Positions 11,955 to 22,016 of a stretch of DNA of 64,000 bases are shown here, piece after piece. Within the stretch, counting starts at the first letter, position 1. Each line of letters starts with the position of its first letter. The position numbers and the translations under genes are program-made. Below the pieces are notes generated by a model. The model saw only the letters and a list, made by a program, of their open reading frames with translations, was not told the DNA's origin and did no database searches. The DNA is from Firmicutes bacterium UBA4996 (GTDB lineage: Bacteria; Bacillota; Limnochordia; Darwinibacteriales; Darwinibacteriaceae): the NCBI GenBank assembly GCA_002396805.1, contig DGYW01000058.1:45591-109590 (forward strand), read 5' to 3'.

Positions 11955-12725
11955 ATGCGCCAACTACTACTGTGTGATGCCACTCAACCGGCCAAGGTGT
12001 CGAAGATTTGCCAACGGACTGGCTTAGGTGTGGAAATCCAAGCATTCTCAAACCCTGATTATCCGGTGCGTAATCCAGATGGGGTAGCGGATCATATGTC
12101 GAAATATAGATCCATTTTGCCTAGGGCTTTGCATGGTCCTTTTGGGGATTTAAGTCCAGGAAGTTGTGATCGCTTAATCCGCCAAGTAACGAAGGAGCGT
12201 TTTGAGTTTGCTTATGACTATGCTCAGAGGCTTGGGGCTAAACAGATTGTCTTACATCATGGTTATGTGCCTGGTACCAATACCTACCGAGGTTGGTTAA
12301 GACGGAGCCGAGAGTTTTGGGCGGACTTTTTGGAAGAAAAGGACCCGCAGATTGTCTTTTGTGTGGAGAATTTGCTAGAATCTGATCCAGAATTAATCGG
12401 GGAAGTGGTAAGAGCAGTTAATCATCCTAATCTTAAAATCTGTCTTGATATTGGCCATGCTTTTTGCCACAGTAAGATTCCCATAGAAGGCTGGATTGAG
12501 GAATTGGGTGAGCTCATCGGGTACGTCCACTTGCATGATAATCATGGTGATCAAGACGATCATCTGTCTTTGGGGAAGGGGCTTATCCCCTTAGATCAAG
12601 TCTGCTACACCTTGGAACGTTGTGCGCCCCAAGCTACATGGGCGTTAGAGGTGGGGCCTGAGAGTTTAGAGGATTCGTTGTTTTGGCTTGAAACCCATGG
12701 ATACCTGTCTGGTGGCGGAGTATAG
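11955..12725 (+). CDS. sugar phosphate isomerase/epimerase (xylose-isomerase-like TIM barrel)
   Basis: Motifs QIVLHHGY and CLDIGHA resemble the AP-endonuclease-2/TIM-barrel family. Confidence 0.55.
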   Translation: MRQLLLCDATQPAKVSKICQRTGLGVEIQAFSNPDYPVRNPDGVADHMSKYRSILPRALHGPFGDLSPGSCDRLIRQVTKERFEFAYDYAQRLGAKQIVLHHGYVPGTNTYRGWLRRSREFWADFLEEKDPQIVFCVENLLESDPELIGEVVRAVNHPNLKICLDIGHAFCHSKIPIEGWIEELGELIGYVHLHDNHGDQDDHLSLGKGLIPLDQVCYTLERCAPQATWALEVGPESLEDSLFWLETHGYLSGGGV

Positions 12726-12727
12726 TT

Positions 12728-13243
12728 ATGGAACTGAGTTTTAGGAAAGTGGATGTGCTCACAGCTTTGGAAATTGTGGCTTGGGAGTATCCGCCACCTT
12801 ATGAGCTTTATACCTTGCACAACTCTCCCCTTGCATTAGTCAAAATGGTGGACGGGCAGTATTATAGTGTTTTTGACCACGGACACCTAATCGGTTTCTT
12901 TTGCTATGGTGCTTCGGCTCAACTAACGAACAAGCGCGATCACCAACTTTATCAAGACCTAGACTACCTTGACGTCGGCTTGGGTATGCATCCCGACTAC
13001 TGTGGTAGAGGGTTGGGAGTCAACTTTGTGCAGGCCGGTTTGGAGTTTGCCACAGAGCAATCCTGGCAAGGAGGATTTCGCCTAACGGTAGCTTCAGACA
13101 ATTTGAGAGCTCTCACCGTTTACAGACGTGTGGGCTTTCGTGAAATAGGGAGGATTACCTGGAGTCCAAACCTGACCGGGCATTTTCTGGTTTTGACTCT
13201 AGATAGTTTTGAGCCAGATTCAATAACAAGGTCTTGTGATTAA
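12728..13243 (+). CDS. GNAT family N-acetyltransferase
   Basis: GNAT acetyl-CoA-binding motif region (RGLGVNFVQAGLEFA). Confidence 0.65.
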   Translation: MELSFRKVDVLTALEIVAWEYPPPYELYTLHNSPLALVKMVDGQYYSVFDHGHLIGFFCYGASAQLTNKRDHQLYQDLDYLDVGLGMHPDYCGRGLGVNFVQAGLEFATEQSWQGGFRLTVASDNLRALTVYRRVGFREIGRITWSPNLTGHFLVLTLDSFEPDSITRSCD

Positions 13244-14501
13244 GCTTAGGATCAAGCAAGACCTGTTCTAGTAAATATTGGAGAAGTTCTCCTACTAACG
13301 GACCCGGTTGAAGTCCAAGGTTATCCATGAGTTCTTGTCCATTAATGGAAAGGTCCTTGATGGTTAGAGCACTACTTTGTGCTAGGACTTCTCTGAATCT
13401 AGCCTCCATGGCTTGCCCATAGTCAATAATAAGGCGCGGGTCTTTATCCATCCCAGCCAGATCTCCTTGGCGGAGCTTTACTAATTGAAATGCTGTATCC
13501 GTCCCGACGCGGGCAAGAAATCTACGGATGGCCCGATTTGAGGAGTGGGGGTGGATTTCAAACATGTGGTTGCCTACTAGTGTTTCTACTTCATGGATCA
13601 ATTTGTTGCTACAGCGTAAGCGTAGCAGTATTGACCTTGCTATTTTGGCACCAAGCTGAGCGTGATCCCTTAGTGACGAATGGAGCTTACCCAGATCATG
13701 AAGCAGTGCTGCCCAGCGTAAGGGCAGGCTTGGGTAGACGAAATGGGCAGACGTGATGGAATGTCCCAAGAGGTCGTAGGGATGACTGTCACCTGGCGAG
13801 ATTCCGGCACCTGCCGCCAATTCCGGAATGATTTCTCTCATCAGAGCTGATTGATAGAATAGTTTCAAAGCGGGGTACAGTTCTTTACCCAAAAGCATCT
13901 TGTTCAGCTCCGCTGAAATCCGTTCAGCACTAACACGATTAATCCACCGGGCTTCTAAGGCGAGCCCGGTCTTTTTTTCTACTCTAAAACCTAAGGTAGC
14001 TTGAAAACGCAACAAGCGTAGCATGCGTAAGGGATCCTCCTGAAAGCGTTCGGTTGGATTGCCTACGGTAGTCAAAATACCTCTCTTTAGATGCTTTGCT
14101 CCACGAAAAGGATCGATAAGTTGCTTAACTAGTGGATCATAAGCCATGGCGTTGATGGTGAAGTCTCTTCTACTCAGATCGGCTTCTAGATTGTTGGTGA
14201 AGAAAACCTGATCCGGATGACGACCGTCTGTATAGGTGCCATCTTGGCGCAGAGTAGTGACCTCTAGAGAGTGATCATCTACGAAGACAGTGACAGTACC
14301 AAATCGCCTGCCAGTAGGCAAAGTGCGCGCAAAGATACCCTCGATCTGCTCTGGTAATGCATCAGTAGCTACATCCCAGTCTAAAGGGGTTAGACCAAGT
14401 AAGCTATCGCGGATCGCACCTCCTACCAGGTAGGCTTGGAAACCGTGTTCGTTTAGGTAGAGACATACTTGGTGGACATACTTGGGGACAATTATGGACA
14501 T
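13155..14501 (-). CDS. cca: CCA-adding enzyme (tRNA nucleotidyltransferase with HD domain)
   Basis: N-terminal motif GGAIRDSLLG...DWDVAT of the polymerase-beta nucleotidyltransferase head, and an HD motif LLHDLGK. Confidence 0.85.
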   Translation of the reverse strand: MSIIVPKYVHQVCLYLNEHGFQAYLVGGAIRDSLLGLTPLDWDVATDALPEQIEGIFARTLPTGRRFGTVTVFVDDHSLEVTTLRQDGTYTDGRHPDQVFFTNNLEADLSRRDFTINAMAYDPLVKQLIDPFRGAKHLKRGILTTVGNPTERFQEDPLRMLRLLRFQATLGFRVEKKTGLALEARWINRVSAERISAELNKMLLGKELYPALKLFYQSALMREIIPELAAGAGISPGDSHPYDLLGHSITSAHFVYPSLPLRWAALLHDLGKLHSSLRDHAQLGAKIARSILLRLRCSNKLIHEVETLVGNHMFEIHPHSSNRAIRRFLARVGTDTAFQLVKLRQGDLAGMDKDPRLIIDYGQAMEARFREVLAQSSALTIKDLSINGQELMDNLGLQPGPLVGELLQYLLEQVLLDPKLNHKTLLLNLAQNYLESKPENARSGLDSR

Positions 14502-14629
14502 TTTGCTTTCTCCTTACCTGATCATCATATCGATCTTTCTCCATTTCCGTTCTTTTACCTATCAGGTAGAGGAATGTTATCATTTGTGAGGAATTGTATT
14601 AGCCAGAACCAAAGTGGAGGAGGTTACTG

Positions 14630-15352
14630 GTGTCTACGATTAGCATACAGTTTGGTGATTTGGTGGAGGCCAGGTTTCTCGAACGGCCTAATCGCTTTAT
14701 CGTCCTTTGCTGTCTTGTCGAACAGAACCAGGTGGTTGAGGCCCATTTGGCAGATCCAGGCCGTCTCAAGGAATTACTATTACCAGGCGCCCGTCTTTAT
14801 CTACGACATAGCAACCAACCTCATCGCAAAACCAAGTGGTCTGTGGTCTTAGTGGAAGCTTCTGACGGTCTCACATTAGTATCTCTGCAATCTACTTTGG
14901 TTAATCAACTTACGGCACTCGCCCTCGAGAAAGATGGCCTTCCAGAACTAGGGGCCTGGAATTTGGTTCGCCCTGAATATAGTTACGATGGTTCGCGTTG
15001 GGACTTCTTATTGGAAAACTCTCAAGCAGAGCAACTTCTTCTGGAAGTGAAAAGCTGTTCGTTAGTCCACGACGGAGTTGCCATGTTTCCAGATGCGGTT
15101 ACAGAGAGAGGAAAAAGACATGTCCAAGAGCTAACTAGACTTCACGCTGAGGGAGTCTTTTCTACAGCAGTTTTGTTCGTAATTCAACGTTCAGACGCCC
15201 ATATATTTAGACCTGCTGACCATATTGATCCTGCTTTTGGGCAAGCGCTCAGGGCGGCGAACTTGGAGGGAGTTCAGGTTTTAGTTAGGGATACCGTAGT
15301 AAGTACAACTGGCATAGACTGGGGAAGGGCACTTCCTGTAAAATTTCCGTAG
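14630..15352 (+). CDS. sfsA: sugar fermentation stimulation protein SfsA
   Basis: Typical SfsA N-terminus (RFLERPNRFIV) and a 240-aa length. Confidence 0.8.
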   Translation: MSTISIQFGDLVEARFLERPNRFIVLCCLVEQNQVVEAHLADPGRLKELLLPGARLYLRHSNQPHRKTKWSVVLVEASDGLTLVSLQSTLVNQLTALALEKDGLPELGAWNLVRPEYSYDGSRWDFLLENSQAEQLLLEVKSCSLVHDGVAMFPDAVTERGKRHVQELTRLHAEGVFSTAVLFVIQRSDAHIFRPADHIDPAFGQALRAANLEGVQVLVRDTVVSTTGIDWGRALPVKFP

Positions 15353-15364
15353 GAGGTTGGTTAA

Positions 15365-16342
15365 GTGACTGCAGAGCTTTTTGTTCAGACCAATATTGCC
15401 GTGATTTGGGATTTTGACAAGACTCTCATTCCTGGTTATATGCAAGAGCCTCTTTTTAAACACTACAATATTGAGGGACGTACCTTTTGGCGTGAGGTAA
15501 ATTCTTTGCCCAAATACTTGCGCCGCGAAGGTAATGAGTTGGTAGCGGAGGACAGTATTTACTTAAATCATATTTTGGCCTACGTGCGAGCTGGTATCTT
15601 TCACGGGCTAAATAATCAACTCTTACGAGAATTAGGTGAGGAGCTGGAGTTTTACCCCGGATTGCCAGAGTTTTTCCCCGCTGTAAAAGAGCATGTGGCC
15701 AATAATCCCGAGTTCAAGAAATATGACATTAAGGTAGAACATTATATTGTTAGCACAGGTCTGCGTCAGATGATGCTCGGTAGCAAGATTGCTCCCTTTA
15801 CGGATGGGATTTGGGGGTGCGAATTTGTGGAGTTGCAGTTCCCGCCAGGATATTTGAAGTCGGGTGCTAAAGCTGCGGATCATGGGCAGTTTACTATTCA
15901 AGATATTGGTTATGTTATTGACAATACTACAAAAACACGGGCCATTTTCGAAATTAACAAGGGAGCCAACAAAAATCCCCATATTGATGTAAACACCCAT
16001 ATACCCAAAGGGGATCGCCGTATACCCTTTCAAAATATGATTTATATTGCCGACGGGCCCAGTGATGTACCGGTTTTTTCACTGATTAATCAGAATGGAG
16101 GCAGAACATTTGGAGTGTATGCAAAGGGTGTGAAGGAAGAGTTCGCGCAGGTTAATAAGTTGCAGAAACAAGGGCGCATTCATTCCTTTGGCGAAGCCAA
16201 TTACAGCCCAAATACCCAAACCTATATGTGGATTATGAACGCGGTTGATGAAATTGGGAAATCGATTGTTAAAAACCGCGAGTGGGTGCTAAAAAACCGC
16301 TTGGGAGATCCACCGCGACACTTAGATGAACAGGGGGAATAA
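15365..16342 (+). CDS. HAD-superfamily hydrolase
   Basis: HAD motif I WDFDKTL and motif IV IADGPSDVP. Confidence 0.55.
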   Translation: MTAELFVQTNIAVIWDFDKTLIPGYMQEPLFKHYNIEGRTFWREVNSLPKYLRREGNELVAEDSIYLNHILAYVRAGIFHGLNNQLLRELGEELEFYPGLPEFFPAVKEHVANNPEFKKYDIKVEHYIVSTGLRQMMLGSKIAPFTDGIWGCEFVELQFPPGYLKSGAKAADHGQFTIQDIGYVIDNTTKTRAIFEINKGANKNPHIDVNTHIPKGDRRIPFQNMIYIADGPSDVPVFSLINQNGGRTFGVYAKGVKEEFAQVNKLQKQGRIHSFGEANYSPNTQTYMWIMNAVDEIGKSIVKNREWVLKNRLGDPPRHLDEQGE

Positions 16343-16344
16343 GC

Positions 16345-17277
16345 TTGAAACATCTTCTCGAGCAATGGGGTCAAGAACTGAGGGATGCTGAAGTCACGCC
16401 TTTACGGACTGGAGTATGGCAAATTAGTGTGGCCGGAGAAGTGTTCATCCTGAAGCGGCGTAGCAATCGCTCTAGAGTGTGGGCGGAATACGATTTGATT
16501 AACTGGCTCATAGTTCACGAGCAGCCAGTTTCGCCTTTGTTATACACAACTAAGGAAGTCCCATGGGCAGAATACGATGGATCTTTTTATATTCTTTATC
16601 CCTATCTGCAAGGAACTCCTGGTGACGAACTTAATCACTATGATCAGAGCTTCGCTTGGACAGTCGGAGCCGCTTTGGCTTGTTTGCACCAAAATTTGGC
16701 TAGTTATGGAGCCACTGAGGAGTTTCCTGGGTTTGATGTGTTTCAGGAAGTGGCTAGTTTTGCTTGGCCAACAGTTCAAGGTTATCTAGGACCAAGCTTT
16801 CGCCATCGTCTTCAGGACTTAGAGCAAGGTATTAGTCGCAATCTTATTAACCCCTATGAAGCGTTACCACGACAACTGATTCATCGGGATTTTCATCCAG
16901 GGAATCTGATTTTCTCGGATGGAAGTCTGGTGGGTATTTTGGACTTCGATCGAGTACGAGTGGGGATTCGCCTCTACGATCTCTGTTATTTGGCTACTGC
17001 TGTGCTGTCTCAAGACTTTGAGGATCTAAAAGGACGGGATAGTTGGTTTATTTTTGTGCAATCCCTAATCGAGGGTTACGGTAGTGTGCAGCCCTTAACT
17101 CAGACAGAAGGCGTTTCTTTTCTATATGTAGTCTACTTGATTCAATTTCTCTTTATTGCCTATCAGTTAGATGCAGGCAATACCGCATTGGCGGATTTGA
17201 ACATAGCGATGTTACTGTGGATCAATGATCAACACGAGTTCTTGGAACCGTTGATTATTAAGACTATTGGTAGCTGA
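16345..17277 (+). CDS. phosphotransferase of the APH/CotS (spore-coat kinase) family
   Basis: Catalytic motif HRDFHPGNLIF and the metal-binding ILDFD motif. Confidence 0.65.
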   Translation: MKHLLEQWGQELRDAEVTPLRTGVWQISVAGEVFILKRRSNRSRVWAEYDLINWLIVHEQPVSPLLYTTKEVPWAEYDGSFYILYPYLQGTPGDELNHYDQSFAWTVGAALACLHQNLASYGATEEFPGFDVFQEVASFAWPTVQGYLGPSFRHRLQDLEQGISRNLINPYEALPRQLIHRDFHPGNLIFSDGSLVGILDFDRVRVGIRLYDLCYLATAVLSQDFEDLKGRDSWFIFVQSLIEGYGSVQPLTQTEGVSFLYVVYLIQFLFIAYQLDAGNTALADLNIAMLLWINDQHEFLEPLIIKTIGS

Positions 17278-17491
17278 AGGAAGGGAGGTTACGTTCATGC
17301 CACTTTATGACTATCGTTGTGACAAGTGTGGGCGTGACTTTGAGGCTAATGTTAGCCTTAAGGATAAGGAGGCCGGAGTGAAGCCTCATTGCCCAAGCTG
17401 CGAGTCACAGGAGGTTATACAAGTTTTTAGGCCTTTAGGATATGTGCGTAGACAATCCTCTAGTGGAAGTTGCAGTTCTGGCTTTGGTTGA
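17267..17491 (+). CDS. FmdB-family zinc-ribbon protein
   Basis: CDKCG...CPSCES zinc-ribbon pair and an N-terminal YDYRC motif. Confidence 0.55.
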   Translation: MVAEGREVTFMPLYDYRCDKCGRDFEANVSLKDKEAGVKPHCPSCESQEVIQVFRPLGYVRRQSSSGSCSSGFG

Positions 17492-17544
17492 GGCATTTAA
17501 CTGGTGCATTAGTTAATGCACATACTGGTCTAAACAAGGGGAGC

Positions 17545-18990
17545 GTGATTACAATTAAAGCGGATCTTGGATTAATAGGTTTAGCAGTCATGGGTGAAAA
17601 TCTTGTTTTAAATATGGAAAGCCGTGGTTTCACGGTGGCAGTTCATAATCGCACACCTGATAAGATTGACCGGCTCTTGCAGGGACGCGCTGCTGGCAAG
17701 AATGTTATAGGTGCCTATACTCTAGAAGAACTAGCATCTCAGCTGAAAAAACCACGGAAAGTAATGCTCATGGTTAAAGCTGGAGAACCGGTGGACCTTT
17801 TCATCCAGCGTTTAATGGAAGTATTAGAACCAGGTGACATAATTATTGACGGCGGTAACTCGCTCTATTCAGATACTATCCGTCGCACCGAGCTATTGGA
17901 GAAAAGTGGATTACTCTACGTTGGAGCAGGTGTTTCTGGTGGGGAAGAGGGAGCCCTGACGGGACCTAGTATAATGCCAGGTGGCAGTCGGAAAGCATGG
18001 CCTCATATCCAACCGATCTTTCAAGCCATCGCAGCCCAAGTAGATGGTGAACCCTGTTGCGAATGGATTGGCCCGGATGGTTCTGGACATTATGTGAAAA
18101 TGGTCCATAATGGCATTGAATATGCTGATATGCAACTCATTGGTGAAGCCTATTTTTTAATGAAGCATTTGCTAGGTTTTAGCGCCAAGCAAATGCAGGA
18201 AGTTTTTGTGGATTGGAACCAAGGGGAATTGGATAGTTACTTAATCGAAATTACGGCCCATATTTTAGGAAAGATTGATCGGGACACACATGAGCCACTA
18301 TTAGAGTTAGTGGGCGATGCGGCGGGTCAAAAAGGTACCGGAAAATGGACTAGTCAAGAGGCTCTAGATTTAGGAGTCGCTGCCCCTACTATTGCGGAGG
18401 GGGTGTTCGCCCGCATTATTTCTGGCGCTCACCACCAACGGGAGCAGGCTGCCCAAGCTTTTCCCTTTGTAGCGCCTAAAGCGGAGCTTAACGCTGTAGA
18501 GTTTGTGGAAGCGGTGCGCCAAGCACTCTTTGCCTCAAAGATTTGCGCCTACGCTCAGGGCTTTGATTTACTAGATCAAGCTTCAAATGAGTACAATTGG
18601 AGTCTCAACCTAGGGGAAATCGCCAAACTTTGGCGAGGCGGATGCATTATTCGCGCTCAGTTTTTACAGCACATAACAGATGCTTACAACCAAGAACCGG
18701 ACTTAGCAAACTTGCTCTTGGCCCCCTATTTTCGAGAGATTTTACAGAGTAGTTTAGGGGCGTGGCGTCAAGTGGTGGCAATTGCCGTGGAACAGGGGTT
18801 GCCTGTACCTGGCTTCGCATCAGCATTGGCCTATTTTGATAGCATTCGCCACCCATATTTATGGACTAATTTAGTGCAGGCCCAGCGAGACTATTTCGGG
18901 GCACACACCTACGCTCGAAGGGATCGTTTAGGGGCTTTTCACACAGAGTGGAACAGTTTGGATGATGTGGTTAGTAGCGATGAAGTATGA
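17545..18990 (+). CDS. gnd: 6-phosphogluconate dehydrogenase (decarboxylating). The start is reassigned to GTG 17545, which follows an AAGGGGAG RBS.
   Basis: NADP-binding motif GLIGLAVMGENL and core motifs of decarboxylating 6PGDH. Confidence 0.9.
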   Translation: MITIKADLGLIGLAVMGENLVLNMESRGFTVAVHNRTPDKIDRLLQGRAAGKNVIGAYTLEELASQLKKPRKVMLMVKAGEPVDLFIQRLMEVLEPGDIIIDGGNSLYSDTIRRTELLEKSGLLYVGAGVSGGEEGALTGPSIMPGGSRKAWPHIQPIFQAIAAQVDGEPCCEWIGPDGSGHYVKMVHNGIEYADMQLIGEAYFLMKHLLGFSAKQMQEVFVDWNQGELDSYLIEITAHILGKIDRDTHEPLLELVGDAAGQKGTGKWTSQEALDLGVAAPTIAEGVFARIISGAHHQREQAAQAFPFVAPKAELNAVEFVEAVRQALFASKICAYAQGFDLLDQASNEYNWSLNLGEIAKLWRGGCIIRAQFLQHITDAYNQEPDLANLLLAPYFREILQSSLGAWRQVVAIAVEQGLPVPGFASALAYFDSIRHPYLWTNLVQAQRDYFGAHTYARRDRLGAFHTEWNSLDDVVSSDEV

Positions 18991-20170
18991 TCGATTAGAA
19001 CCATTGGTGGGAGACGTCTTTGAAGACGAACAGTTAATCTTTTGTAGTCTGAGCAAAGTACGGCAGAAGGGTCAGATCCCCTACAGTAAGGTTTCGATCA
19101 GACCAGTATTACTCAGGGAGAATTTACAATATCAAGTGACCTACCACTATGCCCAAAAGGAATTGCACGAAAATCTGGAGCCTGGCGAAACCCAGGCCCT
19201 AATTCTACGGTTGCTTCAAGGGGTTTTCAGACAAGGATTCTTATATACGGTAGAGGCCGATTGGCAGATATTAGTGAGCAAAAAGGGTGCTGAGAAGATT
19301 CTAAGGCACCCCCCGTCAAGACAGATGCTAGAGCTAAGTCACAATCGCACCAAACGCTATCTTCTAACCGAAGGCACTCCCTATCCTTTTTTGGTAGAAT
19401 TAGGCGTTATGAACAGCGCAGGGCAAGTTTTGTCAAGACGCTACCACAAGTTCCGTCAGCTGAACAAATTTCTAGAGATTGTGGAAGACTGTCTACCGTC
19501 CTTAAAGCAGCGATTGCAGCACGGACATTCCTTAAGGATTGTGGATTTCGGCAGTGGTAAGGCCTACTTAACTTTTGCCCTCTACCACTACTTAGTGGAA
19601 CATCTCCAGCTCCCTGTAGAGATGATTGGCTTGGATTTAAAGGAAGATGTGGTGTTATTTGGTAATCAAGTGGCAAGCAAACTAGGATACGAACACCTCA
19701 GGTTTTCTCATGAGGATATCCGGGACTTTCAGGCGCAAAGCCAGATCGATATGGTTGTGTCTTTGCATGCCTGTGATACTGCCACAGATTATGCCTTGGC
19801 ACAGGCTGTGCAGTGGCAAGCCCAGTTGATTCTGGCAGTGCCCTGTTGTCAGCATGAATTATTTGGCCAGGTAAAACAGGATAGTCAAAAACCCCTCTTG
19901 GAGCATGGGATAGTGAAAGAGCGGATGGCTGCTTTGATTACGGATGCAGCTCGAGCAAAACTGTTAGAAACGGTGGGGTACTCCGTGACTATCATGGAAT
20001 TTGTTGATCTAGAGCACACCCCTAAAAACCTTTTATTACGGGCGTTTCGTGAACCTTCGGGTGCTCCGCAAGGTGCCCTAGAAGAGTATCTGAAATTCAA
20101 GGAATTCTGGAATATCCAACCTAGCTTAGAATCGTTACTGGCAGAGGAGGCCGAAGATGTTAGACCTTAG
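18962..20170 (+). CDS. class I SAM-dependent methyltransferase
   Basis: SAM-binding motif VDFGSGKAY. The function is otherwise unknown. Confidence 0.55.
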   Translation: MMWLVAMKYDRLEPLVGDVFEDEQLIFCSLSKVRQKGQIPYSKVSIRPVLLRENLQYQVTYHYAQKELHENLEPGETQALILRLLQGVFRQGFLYTVEADWQILVSKKGAEKILRHPPSRQMLELSHNRTKRYLLTEGTPYPFLVELGVMNSAGQVLSRRYHKFRQLNKFLEIVEDCLPSLKQRLQHGHSLRIVDFGSGKAYLTFALYHYLVEHLQLPVEMIGLDLKEDVVLFGNQVASKLGYEHLRFSHEDIRDFQAQSQIDMVVSLHACDTATDYALAQAVQWQAQLILAVPCCQHELFGQVKQDSQKPLLEHGIVKERMAALITDAARAKLLETVGYSVTIMEFVDLEHTPKNLLLRAFREPSGAPQGALEEYLKFKEFWNIQPSLESLLAEEAEDVRP

Positions 20171-21065
20171 TAGCGAAGTTCGTCATGCATTAGCCACAAA
20201 CCAACCGGTGGTCGCTTTAGAGTCAACCTTGATCGCCCACGGATTTCCCTATCCAGAAAACTATAGTTTGGCTTTGGAGCTGGAAACTCTTTTACGGGAT
20301 CAAGGGGTGGTGCCTGCCACAATTGCCGTTTTAAACGGGCGATTGAAGGTGGGGTTAACCAAGGAGGAAATCCACTATATTGCAGAGGAAGGAACCATAC
20401 GTAAAGCTAGTTTGCGAGACTTGCCTGTGATGGTGGCTTTGGGTCTTGACGGAGGTACGACTGTAGCTACTACTATGCAGGTGGCCCATTGGGCTGGGAT
20501 TAAGGTCTTTGTCACCGGTGGCATCGGGGGAGTGCATCGTCATGGGGAAGACACCTTTGATATTTCGGCAGACTTGCACGCGCTGACCAATTACAATGTT
20601 ATGGTTGTCTGTGCAGGCGCGAAGTCTGTCCTGGATTTGCCCAAAACCCTCGAGGTCCTAGAAAGCCAAGGTACACCAGTACTAGGTTACCAAACTGATA
20701 GGTTCCCAGCCTTTTATATTCGTGATAGTGGCTTGAAGGTTGACTATCGTTTGGATGATGTGTCGCAAATTGTGCAAGCTTTTAGAATGAAGGAACAACT
20801 AGAAATCCCCGGTGGCCTAGTGGTAGCCACGCCCATTCCTGTTGAAGCTGAATTAGATGAGGTTCAGTTTGACGCTTGGCTCCAAGCAATTTTGACCGAA
20901 GTAGAGGAGAAGGGCGTAACCGGGAAAGATGTCACTCCATATATTCTTAGTCGTCTCCACGAGACCAGTTCTGGAGTGACAGTACAAGCCAATATTGCCT
21001 TGATAAAAAACAATCTTAAGCTCGGGGTAGAGCTGGCCAAAGCCTACTGTGTCGGAGGTAACTAA
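20157..21065 (+). CDS. psuG: pseudouridine-5'-phosphate glycosidase
   Basis: IndA/PsuG family N-terminus (ALESTLIAHGFPYPEN). Confidence 0.85.
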   Translation: MLDLSSEVRHALATNQPVVALESTLIAHGFPYPENYSLALELETLLRDQGVVPATIAVLNGRLKVGLTKEEIHYIAEEGTIRKASLRDLPVMVALGLDGGTTVATTMQVAHWAGIKVFVTGGIGGVHRHGEDTFDISADLHALTNYNVMVVCAGAKSVLDLPKTLEVLESQGTPVLGYQTDRFPAFYIRDSGLKVDYRLDDVSQIVQAFRMKEQLEIPGGLVVATPIPVEAELDEVQFDAWLQAILTEVEEKGVTGKDVTPYILSRLHETSSGVTVQANIALIKNNLKLGVELAKAYCVGGN

Positions 21066-21067
21066 CG

Positions 21068-21943
21068 GTGTTTGGAGTTTTCGGTGATGTGATCGTCGAT
21101 ATTTCGGTACAGGCTCACGGCCCCTTGCAGCTAGGTAGTGATGTGGTGGGTGAAATTTCCTATCAAGGAGGCGGCTCTGCTGCGAATTTTGCCGCTTGGC
21201 TTGGCAGTATTGGAAGTAAAGTTCGCTTTGCAGGGGCCTTAGGTAGGGACTTGGCTGGTCAGATGAGTCGACTCGAATTAGAGCGTTACGGGGTAGAAAC
21301 CTTTTTCGTTGAGAAACAAGAGCCCACTGGCACGATTCTACTCTTCTTAGATGAAGAAGGAGAGCGAACTATGGTTACATCGCGGGGAGCTAACTTGCTG
21401 TTCGAGATTGATGATCTTACTCAAGAATTCTTCCAAGATCTTAGGCATTTGCATGTGACCGCTTATTCTTTTTTCGGATCAAAAGCGTTAGCAAAGACCA
21501 CCACAGAACTTTTAGCCCAGGCTCGTCAAAGGGCCCTTCCTTTCTCGATTGATCCCTCTTCCTATGCCTTACTAGAAGAATTTGGCGTAGACAGGTTTCT
21601 CGCTTTAACACAAGGGGCTATAGTGGTGTTTCCTAACTTAGAAGAAGGTCGCATGCTCACTGGCGAAAACTCACCAGAAGCTATCGTCAAGGTTCTGCAG
21701 AAGCACTATCCAGTAGTGGTACTTACCTTGGGAACGGATGGGTGTTTGTGTGGGCAGGGAAGAGAATTGTTCCATGTGTCAGCGCCCCAGGTGTCAGTTG
21801 TGGATACTACTGGAGCCGGAGATGCCTTTGCTGCAGGCTTTTTGCGCGAGTTTTACAGAAGCTCATCCCTAATCGACGCTGCCCAGGCTGGCAATGCCCT
21901 TGCTACTCTCTGTGTGCAGCACTATGGCGGCCGACCGGTATAA
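21068..21943 (+). CDS. psuK: pseudouridine kinase (PfkB family carbohydrate kinase)
   Basis: PfkB motifs GGSAANFA and TGAGDAFAAGF, and translational coupling to psuG. Confidence 0.75.
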   Translation: MFGVFGDVIVDISVQAHGPLQLGSDVVGEISYQGGGSAANFAAWLGSIGSKVRFAGALGRDLAGQMSRLELERYGVETFFVEKQEPTGTILLFLDEEGERTMVTSRGANLLFEIDDLTQEFFQDLRHLHVTAYSFFGSKALAKTTTELLAQARQRALPFSIDPSSYALLEEFGVDRFLALTQGAIVVFPNLEEGRMLTGENSPEAIVKVLQKHYPVVVLTLGTDGCLCGQGRELFHVSAPQVSVVDTTGAGDAFAAGFLREFYRSSSLIDAAQAGNALATLCVQHYGGRPV

Positions 21944-21952
21944 CGGGTACTC

Positions 21953-21980
21953 TTGACAGATGAGCTAGTTGTGCTAAAGT
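21953..21980 (+). promoter_or_regulatory. sigma-A type promoter for glnS
   Basis: -35 TTGACA (21953-58), a 16-nt spacer and an extended -10 TGcTAAAGT (21972-80). Confidence 0.5.
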
Positions 21981-22016
21981 GTAAAGAGGGAAGAAGCTAG
22001 AGGAGAGGATACATAA

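Noticed and set aside
14469-14852. A 127-aa + strand ORF overlapping the cca start and the sfsA N-terminus
   Set aside because: It is out of frame with sfsA and overlaps two genes that have strong homology. It is low-complexity with no RBS.
21944-22016. Possible T-box leader upstream of glnS
   Set aside because: The intergenic space is only about 70 nt and contains a promoter and RBS. It is far too short for a T-box riboswitch.
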